Positions 50,529 through 60,360 of a stretch of 64,000 nucleotides of DNA are shown one piece after another; position 1 is the stretch's first letter; each line of letters opens with the position of its first letter. The notes under the pieces were generated by a model. The model was not told the origin of the DNA, made no database searches, and was given only the letters and a program-made list of their open reading frames with translations. Where the stretch lies: contig JACKFW010000001.1 in NCBI GenBank assembly GCA_020632265.1, forward strand, positions 140,223-204,222, written 5' to 3'. This stretch comes from Pseudomonadales bacterium. GTDB taxonomy: Bacteria; Patescibacteriota; Microgenomatia; UBA1400; PJMF01. A program made the translations under genes and the position numbers.

Positions 50529-50786
50529 TTAAAAAGTTAATAAAAATAAGACTGAACCAGCCAATAATGATACTGATAAATATTCAAAAATTACATGTCT
50601 GTGAAGTTTATTCATTTTTGAGTGCACCATAACCCCCCAAAAAAAATAAAAAGAGGACATAAAAATTATTAAGAATCTTTGAATATCTCTATTTGGCCAA
50701 TAATGTAAAAATAATAATGAAAAAATTAAAAGTATTAAAATTAAAACAATATATGCTTTATGGTGTTTTTTAAACTCTGCTATCAT
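50529..50786 (-). CDS. small membrane protein
   Basis: 85 aa with two or three TM segments. Confidence 0.35.
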   Translation of the reverse strand: MIAEFKKHHKAYIVLILILLIFSLLFLHYWPNRDIQRFLIIFMSSFYFFWGVMVHSKMNKLHRHVIFEYLSVSLLAGSVLFLLTF

Positions 50787-50788
50787 AA

Positions 50789-51805
50789 TTAGACTGCTCC
50801 TCCTTTAAAGAAAACAATTAGATAAGCTATAAAAATAAACAAAATGATATGAGCCAAATTTTTCCCCACAAGTCTTGAAGGTTTTTTATGTCCAATAATA
50901 AGAAAATCATAAATTAAAACGACAACTATTAAGAAAATAATGCTTAAAAAGAAAGCTTTTAATACGTGAAGTGGTGACATTAATATCCCTTGAGATAAAC
51001 TACCTTGCGGCACCGATGCAATTGCTAAAACATCATTTGGCGAAGAATTTTCCAGATCATTTGCATCTACTTCAATTACTTCTTGAGAATCAATTTCTAA
51101 TTCTTCTTTAGTTTGTGGTTTATTTACAACATTTACTGGAACAGGAGTATTTGTAACCACCGGCTTTGTTTCAGCTACCGTAACTGCAGGAACCTCAACG
51201 CTTGGATTTGAGTTAGATACAGATCCATCGACCAAAGTTCCAAACATTTGTACAACTAAAGTCGTTTCTGTCCCATTTAATTTTCCATCAACAACTGCTA
51301 ATCCTATATCTCTATATCTTGGATTCATAATATTTGCTCTATGAGTCGGTGAATTCATCCATGCAGAAATCATAGGTCCAGTGGAATCAAAATCTCTAGC
51401 CAAATTCTCTCCGGCAACTTTGTAGTTATAATTAACACTCTTTATAAAATCCCATGGTTCCTTGCCAGTGGGAGATGTATGAGCCCAATATTGGTTGTTA
51501 AACATATCTTGAGCTTTTGCTAAAGCGGCTTCCGACAAAACACCGTTATATGTTAGTTGCGCTAATCCTTGAGTTGCTCTCTCTCTATTCGTGCCCTCAA
51601 TTACTTGTGCAACTGTGATTGAAGATGCATAACCTAAAATACTACCTTGAGGCAAATTAATTGAAGAAACGATTCCAACTATTTGGAAAAAACCCAATGC
51701 AATCAGAGACATAAAAATCATTGGTCTAGGATGAAGTATTTTAGGTCGATGGTTATTAGACTTTTGCGGATGAAATAAATGCTTTAAAGTTTTTGTTATT
51801 TTCAC
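50789..51805 (-). CDS. CAP/SCP (YkwD-like) domain protein, membrane-anchored
   Basis: YWAHTSPTG...GENLAR CAP-domain signatures. Terminal TM segments. Confidence 0.65.
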   Translation of the reverse strand: MKITKTLKHLFHPQKSNNHRPKILHPRPMIFMSLIALGFFQIVGIVSSINLPQGSILGYASSITVAQVIEGTNRERATQGLAQLTYNGVLSEAALAKAQDMFNNQYWAHTSPTGKEPWDFIKSVNYNYKVAGENLARDFDSTGPMISAWMNSPTHRANIMNPRYRDIGLAVVDGKLNGTETTLVVQMFGTLVDGSVSNSNPSVEVPAVTVAETKPVVTNTPVPVNVVNKPQTKEELEIDSQEVIEVDANDLENSSPNDVLAIASVPQGSLSQGILMSPLHVLKAFFLSIIFLIVVVLIYDFLIIGHKKPSRLVGKNLAHIILFIFIAYLIVFFKGGAV

Positions 51806-51898
51806 TTTATTATCTATTAAATAATAATTTTCATTATGATAATAAATGTTTTTTTGTACAAGGGTTGAACTCTTGAGTAAAAATATTTTTTAATGATA

Positions 51899-53182
51899 TT
51901 AATATATATTTATATATCCTAAGTTATAAATAGGTGAATAATTTCCGGCTTGATCAAAAAACTTTATTGCAAAATATTTATTACCTAAATCTAAATTATC
52001 AATTAATATATTTTCATTATGGTCGGGATTAATTATCATTTGAGAGTCTTGGTATTTTTTGTGATTAGAAATTGCAATGACTTTGCTTTTTTTCCAATTC
52101 TCTTCACTTAATATATCATCATCTGAAACTCTAATTTGATATGAATTTTTGGAATTAAAAATTTGATTAACATTTTGAAGATTGGATTCTTTCGACGGAT
52201 AATCAAAAATGATATTTAATTGCAAATCTCCTTCAGCAAATAATTCAGCCCGTTCAAGATTTTTTGGAGAATTTAAGTCAACTTTGACTACTAAAAATTT
52301 TGATTCTTCAACTTTTTCCTGCGAATTAATGACATAATACTCAATTAAGTCATTTTCAAATGCATCATTGATCTTAAGAATATATGGACTTAAAATTTGA
52401 TAATGATGTTGAATAATTTTCCCTTCATTATTGGATTTATATTTAACAAAAATTTTTGAATTTGACGGCAATGCTTCAAAAGCTATTTGATCACCAATTT
52501 TTGCTAAAAATTTAGAAGTACTAATTTCTTTTAACATCAGCGATGGCGGATCCATTTCATCAAATGAATTTTGTGAAAAAAAATTAACAACAAAATGATT
52601 ATTATTTGAGTTAAAATTTTTTAAATTTATAAAACCTTGATTCCAAACTCCACTTTCTGAAAAATCATGAAATGCATACCTGTCATTTACTTTAACTATA
52701 AAATTTGGATCATCAAACCCATCTAATTTTTCTTGAGTTTCAATTTTATATTGAAATGATAAATATTGATTTTCAGTAGTATAAAAATTTTGAATATCCA
52801 TACTTGAATCATTTTTTGAAACTAATTCATCAATAAAATATATATGATCGTCTTTAATAATTTTCACAGTAACTTTTGTAGGCTCTGATTCAGCGCTCAC
52901 AAAACCTTCATTGTTTATGTAAAAGTTTTTAAAAGGGTTAATTTTACTGACCAAATTAACTAACTTTATATTTTCAAAATCTCTGAAATTATTTGGAGCA
53001 ATATTTTTAACAATATCCTTGATCTTTGAATCAAAATTTAATGGCTGATCAATATTTGAAGAACCAAGAACACTATCACTTAAATCTTCATTTGGTTCAT
53101 TATTCAACACAGCAGTAAATAAAAAAATTATAGTAATAACTAAAATTATTATGCAAAATATATATATAATTTTCTTTTTCAT
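51899..53182 (-). CDS. hypothetical secreted protein
   Basis: 427 aa with an N-terminal signal anchor. Confidence 0.45.
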   Translation of the reverse strand: MKKKIIYIFCIIILVITIIFLFTAVLNNEPNEDLSDSVLGSSNIDQPLNFDSKIKDIVKNIAPNNFRDFENIKLVNLVSKINPFKNFYINNEGFVSAESEPTKVTVKIIKDDHIYFIDELVSKNDSSMDIQNFYTTENQYLSFQYKIETQEKLDGFDDPNFIVKVNDRYAFHDFSESGVWNQGFINLKNFNSNNNHFVVNFFSQNSFDEMDPPSLMLKEISTSKFLAKIGDQIAFEALPSNSKIFVKYKSNNEGKIIQHHYQILSPYILKINDAFENDLIEYYVINSQEKVEESKFLVVKVDLNSPKNLERAELFAEGDLQLNIIFDYPSKESNLQNVNQIFNSKNSYQIRVSDDDILSEENWKKSKVIAISNHKKYQDSQMIINPDHNENILIDNLDLGNKYFAIKFFDQAGNYSPIYNLGYINIY

Positions 53183-53317
53183 TTATTGAAAATATTTTTT
53201 ATTAGTATGAAAGTAAACTATAATTATTGCTTTAAGCTTTATTTATGTGTTTGGTTTCCATTAAAATTTGGTTTTGTATCAAGTTAGTCTAGTTGATATA
53301 ATATGATTTTAATCAAA

Positions 53318-53389
53318 GGCCCCATCGTCTAGCGGTTAGGACACCAGGTTCTCATCCTGGCAGCCAGAGTTCGATTCTCTGTGGGGTCA
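53318..53389 (+). tRNA. tRNA-Glu (anticodon CUC)
   Basis: Manual fold: GGCCCCA acceptor; anticodon arm CCAGG-TTCTCAT-CCTGG; T-arm CAGAG-TTCGATT-CTCTG; 3' acceptor TGGGGTC; discriminator A. Confidence 0.85.
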
Positions 53390-53574
53390 CAATATAAAAA
53401 AAGATCCATTTATGGATTCTTTTTTTATATTGTGGTCGCATAGTTTGAAAAGCACTCCGCCGAGCAAAGCGAAGCAGAGTTCTGACGGAGAGTGCAAAGC
53501 ACCCTCCTAATGCAAGTGAACCATCCTACAGAAATCATAAATTGTGGCGAATCGTAGATTCTCTGTGGGGTCAC
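53385..53574 (+). repeat. 190-bp repeat R190, copy 1; begins inside the tRNA-Glu 3' end and ends with a second copy of the tRNA 3' 18-19-mer (gattctctgtggggtcac)
   Basis: About 95% identical to 55448..55637. Contains a terminator-like hairpin (aaaaaaagatccat-tt-atggatcttttttt) and a GC-rich segment. Confidence 0.8.
53396..53427 (+). terminator. intrinsic terminator after tRNA-Glu (A-run, gatccat-tt-atggat, T-run)
   Basis: Palindrome read directly. Also present, with a perfect stem, in R190 copy 2 at about 55459..55490. Confidence 0.55.
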
Positions 53575-53596
53575 ATTTTTGTTAAGAACACACTAA

Positions 53597-54097
53597 TTAT
53601 TCTATATTATAAATTTCATTCATCACAAAATGAAAAGCGTCACCAAATTTTTTAGGATTTTCCTTTAATTCTTTCAGTAACTGATCCCTTGAAAATCTTT
53701 CATAAGAATCAGATTCATGATTCAACACAGGTTCCTCATCGGAATATATTTCATAAACAATAAAATAATGGTTTTCTTTTCTTCCAATAACTTCTCTGTT
53801 GTAGATCTTCTTACCAACAAACTTAAAATCAAATTCTGTAATACCCAATTCTTCTTCAGTCTCTCTTCTTAATGCTTCTTCTTCAGTTTCACCAGACCGA
53901 ATATGTCCTCCAACAGGAGATACATACTGTCCAGCATCTTGTCTATCATTTGCTTGTTTTACTAAAATCCAGTTACCGTGTGAATCAATTAGTTCTGAAA
54001 TAATAACTCTATGTAGAATGCCTTTTTCATGACACTCTACTTTAGGACAATTACCTGTTACTTCATCTTTTGCATTTACTATGTCAACTATTTCCAT
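53597..54097 (-). CDS. Nudix hydrolase
   Basis: Nudix box GGHIRSGETEEEALRRETEEELGI. Confidence 0.8.
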   Translation of the reverse strand: MEIVDIVNAKDEVTGNCPKVECHEKGILHRVIISELIDSHGNWILVKQANDRQDAGQYVSPVGGHIRSGETEEEALRRETEEELGITEFDFKFVGKKIYNREVIGRKENHYFIVYEIYSDEEPVLNHESDSYERFSRDQLLKELKENPKKFGDAFHFVMNEIYNIE

Positions 54098-54123
54098 ATA
54101 TTATGTTCTAAATTTGCTTTCAA

Positions 54124-55335
54124 CTACTCAACTTTTACAAACTTCTTTTTACCCTCAAGAGTAACCTTCATAACTTTCATATAAATCAAAATAAAAATAA
54201 ATACTCCTACTGCATACAAAGCAGAAATTAGCAGTGCTGTTCTTAATTCAAAAGTATCAAATACATATCCAGCAACAATAGCTAATACAGATGCCACTAA
54301 AGCCTCATATACCTTAATACTTGAAAGAGTTGTTGCCCTAATCTTTGATGGTATATGCTTTTGTCCAAAACTATTTATTATTGCTTCTTTAAATGGCTCA
54401 GATACATAAAAAACCATTGCAGATAATAAACCTACAAAACCAAAAAACTTGCTCATTCCAAACAACCCTATTGCAAAAATAAACCAAGAAATAAACATTA
54501 GTTGGAACTCACTTAAATACTGTTTTAACTTTGCAAACTGAGAAACTACTATTGCTTGTAATCCATAAACAATTGCAACAAAAACTCCTAACCATTTAAC
54601 ATCAAATAGTTCTAAACCTAAAATGTATGGCTTATCAACTGAATGGATAAAGTAGTGGTGAAACCCATATAGCAATGAGACAAATAACGTAATAAAAAAC
54701 AACTCTTTTGAAATTAAAATATGCTTTAACCCTGCAAATACATTTAGCTCTTCTTCAACAATACTTTCTGAAGCTTTTTTTTCAGATTTCATAAACCAAA
54801 CTATTACAGCAGAAATGCAAAAGAATACTGCTAAAAGATAATACGGATAATTATGATTTATCGAAAACAAATATGCACCAATAATACTTCCTATAGCAGC
54901 TGCTATATAATTAACACTTCCACTGTAAGAAATAATTTCATCATATATTGAAACTTTTTTTTGAGAATCTAAATAATCATAAATATATGCTTCAAGAGAA
55001 CCAGAAATAAAAGAAATACCTAACATCCAAACTGCAGCAAAGAATGCAAACTGGATAGTAGTTTCTAAACCAGTCCAAATTAACGACGTTGCTGTCATTG
55101 TAATTAAACCAACAATAACACTAGCTTTTCTTCCAAATTTATCACCAAAAAAACCTGTTGGAATTTCAAACAAAAAACCAGCTACAGAAAACACTCCAAA
55201 AACTATGGCAATGTCTGCATAACTTAAGCCTTTTGCTAAGAAAAATAAGGCAATAATTACGTTGATTGGATATAATCCATAAATGAATTTATATAGTATG
55301 TATAAAAATAAGGTTTTGTCTTTGAGATATTTCAT
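54124..55335 (-). CDS. MFS transporter
   Basis: 12 TM segments and a GDKFGRK-type MFS motif between TM2 and TM3. Confidence 0.75.
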   Translation of the reverse strand: MKYLKDKTLFLYILYKFIYGLYPINVIIALFFLAKGLSYADIAIVFGVFSVAGFLFEIPTGFFGDKFGRKASVIVGLITMTATSLIWTGLETTIQFAFFAAVWMLGISFISGSLEAYIYDYLDSQKKVSIYDEIISYSGSVNYIAAAIGSIIGAYLFSINHNYPYYLLAVFFCISAVIVWFMKSEKKASESIVEEELNVFAGLKHILISKELFFITLFVSLLYGFHHYFIHSVDKPYILGLELFDVKWLGVFVAIVYGLQAIVVSQFAKLKQYLSEFQLMFISWFIFAIGLFGMSKFFGFVGLLSAMVFYVSEPFKEAIINSFGQKHIPSKIRATTLSSIKVYEALVASVLAIVAGYVFDTFELRTALLISALYAVGVFIFILIYMKVMKVTLEGKKKFVKVE

Positions 55336-55386
55336 CTATGTGATTTTATCATTAAATGTAACTACTTATATTTAGCAGTTGGTACA

Positions 55387-55445
55387 CAATATATAAGACG
55401 TAGCCTCTCGAGGTTTTCAAGAAATGGTTCAAACTGAGTTACCTT
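55387..55445 (+). repeat. repeat X, copy 1 (tatataagacgta..cctct..tggttcaaactgagtta.ctt)
   Basis: About 75% identity to 60361..60420. Immediately precedes R190 copy 2. Confidence 0.5.
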
Positions 55446-55447
55446 AA

Positions 55448-55637
55448 GGTCACAATATAAAAAAAGATCCATTTATGGATCCTTTTTTTATATTTTGGTC
55501 GCATAAATTGAAAAGCACTCCGCCGAGCAAAGCGAAGCAGAGTTCTGACGAAGAGTGCAAAGCACCCTCCTAATGCAAGTGAGCCATCCTACAGAAATCA
55601 TAAATTGTGGCGAATCGTAGATTCTCTGTGGGGTCAC
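55448..55637 (+). repeat. 190-bp repeat R190, copy 2, ending with a third copy of the tRNA-Glu 3' 19-mer
   Basis: Direct repeat of 53385..53574 with about 9 mismatches. Confidence 0.8.
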
Positions 55638-55783
55638 AAGTATCGTTTTGTTCAGTGCGACCCGTAAGGGTGCGCAGAAAATCCCGATAAAACCTACTAA
55701 TTTTTCTTCAACTTCTTCAAAATGTCGTTTTAGATCCTGTAATTATTTACAAAGTTTTTTATAATGATATACTTCGATGTACT

Positions 55784-57049
55784 ATGAATGTAGAAAAAAC
55801 TCCCAAACATATTATTCGAGCCGTAGTTGATACTCTCCAAGAATGCAACCTTAGATGCCAGTACTGTCACCCGGGTCATACCTGGGAAAAGAAACACTTG
55901 TCAGCTAATCTTATAGAACAAACACTTAGTGAGGCAGAGCAACGTGGTTTATTAGAAGTTACTTTAACTGGTGGAGAAATCACACTCCATCCCGAATTGG
56001 TAAAAATCTTGGAGTCAACTCAAGTTTTAGATCGTACAGTTTCAACTCTCATTACTAATGGCACAACCATGACCCCTGAATTAGCTAGACAGTTTCGTGA
56101 TTCTAACGTTTCCAGAATTTGTACCAGTATCGATGGCCCAGATGCCGGTACACATAACACATACAGGGGAAACTCATTTGACAGAGCAATAAATGGCTTG
56201 CGTTTACTGCAAGAAACGGGAAAACCAATTACCGTTATCACTGTTGCCCACCACAAAAACTACGAGCATGTTCTTGAACTAAGTAATCTCCTTGCCAAAG
56301 AAGGACTCGCGGCAGAACATCACATCTGTGCTCCATCATATTCTGGTACTGCCAAAGATAACTATGAAGAATTTAGATTGAGACAAGAAGAGTTTTTTGC
56401 TCTGCAACAAATGGTAGATGATTCATATCAGGATTTAAAAAACCAAGGATTGTTTGTTACTTTCAACTCTTTTTGGCCCGCTACTGGAGAAAGAGCAAAA
56501 ACCAATAACTCCAGGACAATTACTCTAGTTCAGTTAACAGAACAGCTAAAAGATTGCTATATCATCGTCCGTCCAAATGGTGACGTTAGGCTAACTGCTG
56601 CTGCATGGGGAAGAGAAACTATTGGTAATGCAGTAACGGGAAATCTTCATACTGACAGCGTTAAAATCGCTCTTAATCAAGCTGAACAAATATACAATCA
56701 AGGTTTAGTGAAGCAACTTCCAAGAGAGATCGAGGCTGTTCACAAATTTCATTACGGGAAAGATGTCAATCCTGCAATAACCAATAAGATACTTAGTGAT
56801 AAAGAAAGTGGTGCCGGTTTAGTTCAAATGGTACCAATTAAGCCACTCTCGGAGTCAGATCTGTTCCAGATACCTCTTTCCGAAGAACAAATGCTGTCTA
56901 TTGCGAGCAATCTCCAAATGCAACCAGACAGATACAGGCTTGTTAACATTGCTGGCAATTCATACGTACTGTTTGATAGGCTGACAACCCACATTACTCT
57001 TCTCAAGCCTGAGGAAGTGCTTATGATTGTTGGCTTAGGAAGTCACTAA
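55784..57049 (+). CDS. radical SAM domain protein
   Basis: CNLRCQYC = CxxxCxxC at residue 21, and TLTGGE glycine-rich SAM motif. 421 aa. Higher GC than its surroundings. Confidence 0.8.
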   Translation: MNVEKTPKHIIRAVVDTLQECNLRCQYCHPGHTWEKKHLSANLIEQTLSEAEQRGLLEVTLTGGEITLHPELVKILESTQVLDRTVSTLITNGTTMTPELARQFRDSNVSRICTSIDGPDAGTHNTYRGNSFDRAINGLRLLQETGKPITVITVAHHKNYEHVLELSNLLAKEGLAAEHHICAPSYSGTAKDNYEEFRLRQEEFFALQQMVDDSYQDLKNQGLFVTFNSFWPATGERAKTNNSRTITLVQLTEQLKDCYIIVRPNGDVRLTAAAWGRETIGNAVTGNLHTDSVKIALNQAEQIYNQGLVKQLPREIEAVHKFHYGKDVNPAITNKILSDKESGAGLVQMVPIKPLSESDLFQIPLSEEQMLSIASNLQMQPDRYRLVNIAGNSYVLFDRLTTHITLLKPEEVLMIVGLGSH

Positions 57050-57051
57050 AT

Positions 57052-58440
57052 ATGCCTTTAAAAGAAGTTGACACAAGACTTCTAAGGGCGCTAAGTGAAT
57101 ACAGAGCTTTTGTTAGCGCTCTAGCCATTGAAACTGGCCAGCGATCCTTAATTAGAGATATCATACTTAGCGAGCCTTCTACTACATCTGCTAAAATTAT
57201 GAAGGCTGTGGGGATTTCGGCCGAGGAGTTAGTAAAAATCTATCGAGACTTGCAAACGGATGAAGAATTTCAGTTAGCAGTCAACTCTCCTTACTATTCT
57301 CGCCGTCTCATGTTTAATGTCGCGCGAACAGTCGTGCATGATCTGGCCTCTGACTCTGATTATACTCAGAGATTGATCTCAGGAGATCCAGTATCTTCAA
57401 GAGTAGTTGAACTTCATACAACCAAAGGAACTTGTAACTACAACTGTGTGATGTGCTTATGGTCAGATAAAGGGGAACGTACCTATGACACAGCTCAGAT
57501 GAAGGGTTTTGGCTTAATGCAAACTGAGGAATGGAAAAACACTTTAGCAACCATCCGCGAGTTTGGTACCAAAGTAGCTGTTTTTTCTGGTGGAGGTGAA
57601 GTATTGCTGAATAAGGATTTTTTCAGATTGCTGGCGTTCTCACATTCGGTTGGTCTGAAAACCCAGCTCTATACTAGTGGATACAACATGACCCATCTTG
57701 AGGAGGAAGAGTGGGGAGAATTGTTGAACATGGATCGAATTAGATTTAGCATACACTCATCAAATGAGGGCACATACAATGATATTGTTAGTATGCCAGA
57801 ACACGCTCATGCACTCACTAAAGTTGACAACAACTTAAAGTTATTATTAGAGAAACGAAATATCGTAGGCTCCGATTTAAAAATAGGTATTGGATTCGTG
57901 ATACAGCCACTAAATACAATGCAGGTAGAGGATATTGTTGAGTTTGCAAAAAGGACTGGAGTGGACTATCTCAACATCCGCCGGGATGAAATTTTAGTAA
58001 CCAATCCTCTGGATCAAGAATCAGAAGTCGAGCTCAGAAAGCAGTTATTACGCATTAGACAAAACATTGTTAATGGCGTTTATGGGAATTTAGAAATTGA
58101 TTTTTCGGACAATTTAGTTGCATTTATGAACGAGGAGAAATACTTACTACCTCAAGTGCCACAATGTGTTATCAAACACTTTAGACCCACTATTAATCCG
58201 TATGGTCTGTGGAATTCGTGTGATCTTAAAGGTGAACCAATGTATGCGGATCCAGATTTTGTGATTGGTGATCTACATCAGGATGGTGTTGTAAAAATTT
58301 TGGCTCGCACACAGCAAACAACTATCCCTGCAGCATGTACAAGTTGTATGCCCAGTGGTCAAACTGGAAATGCTATTTTCACTAAATTACTTCAAGATCA
58401 CGCTTTGGGGATTGATTTTAAAGATCAGCCATTTTTTTAA
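57052..58440 (+). CDS. radical SAM domain protein with an N-terminal extension of about 110 aa
   Basis: CNYNCVMC = CxxxCxxC at about residue 128, and FSGGGE. Start lies 2 nt after the preceding stop, consistent with an operon. Confidence 0.8.
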   Translation: MPLKEVDTRLLRALSEYRAFVSALAIETGQRSLIRDIILSEPSTTSAKIMKAVGISAEELVKIYRDLQTDEEFQLAVNSPYYSRRLMFNVARTVVHDLASDSDYTQRLISGDPVSSRVVELHTTKGTCNYNCVMCLWSDKGERTYDTAQMKGFGLMQTEEWKNTLATIREFGTKVAVFSGGGEVLLNKDFFRLLAFSHSVGLKTQLYTSGYNMTHLEEEEWGELLNMDRIRFSIHSSNEGTYNDIVSMPEHAHALTKVDNNLKLLLEKRNIVGSDLKIGIGFVIQPLNTMQVEDIVEFAKRTGVDYLNIRRDEILVTNPLDQESEVELRKQLLRIRQNIVNGVYGNLEIDFSDNLVAFMNEEKYLLPQVPQCVIKHFRPTINPYGLWNSCDLKGEPMYADPDFVIGDLHQDGVVKILARTQQTTIPAACTSCMPSGQTGNAIFTKLLQDHALGIDFKDQPFF

Positions 58441-58897
58441 TCACGTCTTTTACCGTTTGACTTGTCGGTGTATTAGACTGATCGATATCACGAAAACTAA
58501 CTTTGACGACGTCCTTCCCGTTTCCCTTGGTCACAAATTTTCCTGATACTTCATAGATAAAATAGAATTTTCGGAAAGTTTTCCATGCCTGGTGAGATTC
58601 TAAATCATAAAATAATTCATTAGCAGAATAAATAAGATTATCTTCACGAATAGATTCATCAATCAGAACGAGGCCAGTCTCTTCCCAGAATTCCCTACGG
58701 AGCGCTTCTTTTTCGGTCTCACCCATTTCAACACCACCACCAGGAAACTCCCATAGGTTTGATTTCGAATCCTGAACCATTAAAAATAATCCACTCATTT
58801 TATACACAGCATAGACTGCAATACGCTGAATTAAGTCAGCCTCTAATACTTGGTGACTCTTGCCTTTGGCATCTTGAATTTGTATGAATGTATTCAT
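58418..58897 (-). CDS. Nudix hydrolase
   Basis: Nudix box GGGVEMGETEKEALRREFWEETGL. Confidence 0.8.
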   Translation of the reverse strand: MNTFIQIQDAKGKSHQVLEADLIQRIAVYAVYKMSGLFLMVQDSKSNLWEFPGGGVEMGETEKEALRREFWEETGLVLIDESIREDNLIYSANELFYDLESHQAWKTFRKFYFIYEVSGKFVTKGNGKDVVKVSFRDIDQSNTPTSQTVKDVIKKMADL

Positions 58898-59574
58898 TAT
58901 TGATTAGCCTCTGTTTTATGTATGCCTGTGGTGGTTTTCAAGAAGAAGTGATTGCCGTTCATTTCTAAAACAACGTAGGCTGTATTTTCAATTGAACCTT
59001 TTGTTAATTCATCAAAGGTTGAAAAACCAATTTTCATTAGCAAAGATTTCATAAGTGCACCATGAAAAACAACTAGAATTGAAAGACCCTTATAGATCAA
59101 CTCTAATTCTTTTATAAAGGTTAAAAAACGCAAGGCTGCTTCTTCAAAAGTTTCCATGTCTTCGCTAATTCGGAAGTTTACCTTTTCCTGCTGAGATAGT
59201 CGCCGAAAAGTATCTGGTACTATATTGTGTCGATCAAAAAAAATTTTGTGTAAGTTGCCGGCACTGGTTTCACGGATACGTTGAGAAGTGCTCACTGAAA
59301 GTTGGTGACGGACAGCAATAATCTCTCCTGTTTTTTGGGCTTTTTTAGCATCGGATGAAAAGACCGCATTCAAATGAATGTTTTGAAATTTTTCTGAAAG
59401 TATCGTGGCCTGCTCGATGCCCAGGGATGTAAGGTCGCTATCATGCCAAAGTGAGGAATCCTGACTTGCTCCAGCATCAGATAGGACATTAGTTTGAGAT
59501 CGAGCATGTCTAACTAAGTAAAATATGGTCGATGGTGGAAAATTTTGAGGAGATTTGTTCATAACTTGAAACAT
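58897..59574 (-). CDS. histidine phosphatase (phosphoglycerate mutase-like) family protein
   Basis: N-terminal LVRHARSQ (RHG-like) and C-terminal VVFHGALMK second-His motif. Overlaps the Nudix gene by 1 nt. Confidence 0.6.
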   Translation of the reverse strand: MFQVMNKSPQNFPPSTIFYLVRHARSQTNVLSDAGASQDSSLWHDSDLTSLGIEQATILSEKFQNIHLNAVFSSDAKKAQKTGEIIAVRHQLSVSTSQRIRETSAGNLHKIFFDRHNIVPDTFRRLSQQEKVNFRISEDMETFEEAALRFLTFIKELELIYKGLSILVVFHGALMKSLLMKIGFSTFDELTKGSIENTAYVVLEMNGNHFFLKTTTGIHKTEANQ

Positions 59575-59795
59575 TTTTTATTAACCAACAATATCCTTAT
59601 TATACTCTACCGCTATTATTAGTAAGAGTTTATATTCTTGTTTATAAATAATTTCCTAGTTGATTAGGTAGCTATTTAAACTAAAACTATCTTAGACCTA
59701 TAATTACTTGAGGTGAAAGTCGTGCGGTGAGAATCCCATTGCGGTCACAAATATCGTAAAGTTCAGCGCTTCTTGAAAGAACTCGTGAGGTAGGC

Positions 59796-60104
59796 TTGAT
59801 GAAAGCTATGGGAATGAAATCATTTGAGATACGAGATTTATTTATGACAGAATCTATGATTATGGGATTTTTTGGAGGAATAGGAGGAATAATTTTAGGA
59901 TATGTTTCGGGAAAAGTCTTAGGAATAATTCTTTCATCATTTGTTATTGCAAAGGGTCTAGGATTCATTGATGTGTCATATATTCCGTTTCTATTTGTTA
60001 CAGTAATTTTCTTTTTATCATTGATTGTGGGGATTATTACAGGAATATATCCAGCTAAAAGAGCTACGAAAATAAGTGCTTTGAATGCTCTTAGGTATGA
60101 ATAA
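59796..60104 (+). pseudogene. C-terminal fragment of an FtsX-family ABC transporter permease (gene remnant)
   Basis: Last two TM helices plus the canonical C-terminus IYPAKRATKISALNALRYE. The N-terminal roughly 300 aa are missing. TTG/ATG start with no upstream domain. Confidence 0.55.
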
Positions 60105-60360
60105 AGAAAGCTAATAAACAATATGCTTATATCTAATTAAACCATAACATATCAAAGTAATCCTTAAACATAGAAATATGCTTCAAGAATATTTGGAGTA
60201 TGATCGCCCAATACTAATCCAGCAAGTAAAGAGCCTAATCTAGTTTTTTTCTGCCGGCCATTTTTGACAAGAACTTTTAGTTAACTACAATATTTTTCAA
60301 GGCAGTGTCTGGCTATTGGTGTTAGTAGTGATAAATATTTTTTATTTCCTCTCCTGTCTC

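Noticed and set aside
59687-60121. 144-aa minus-strand ORF overlapping the FtsX fragment
   Set aside because: The plus-strand frame reproduces the canonical FtsX C-terminus. The minus-strand translation is an antisense artefact of that hydrophobic coding region.
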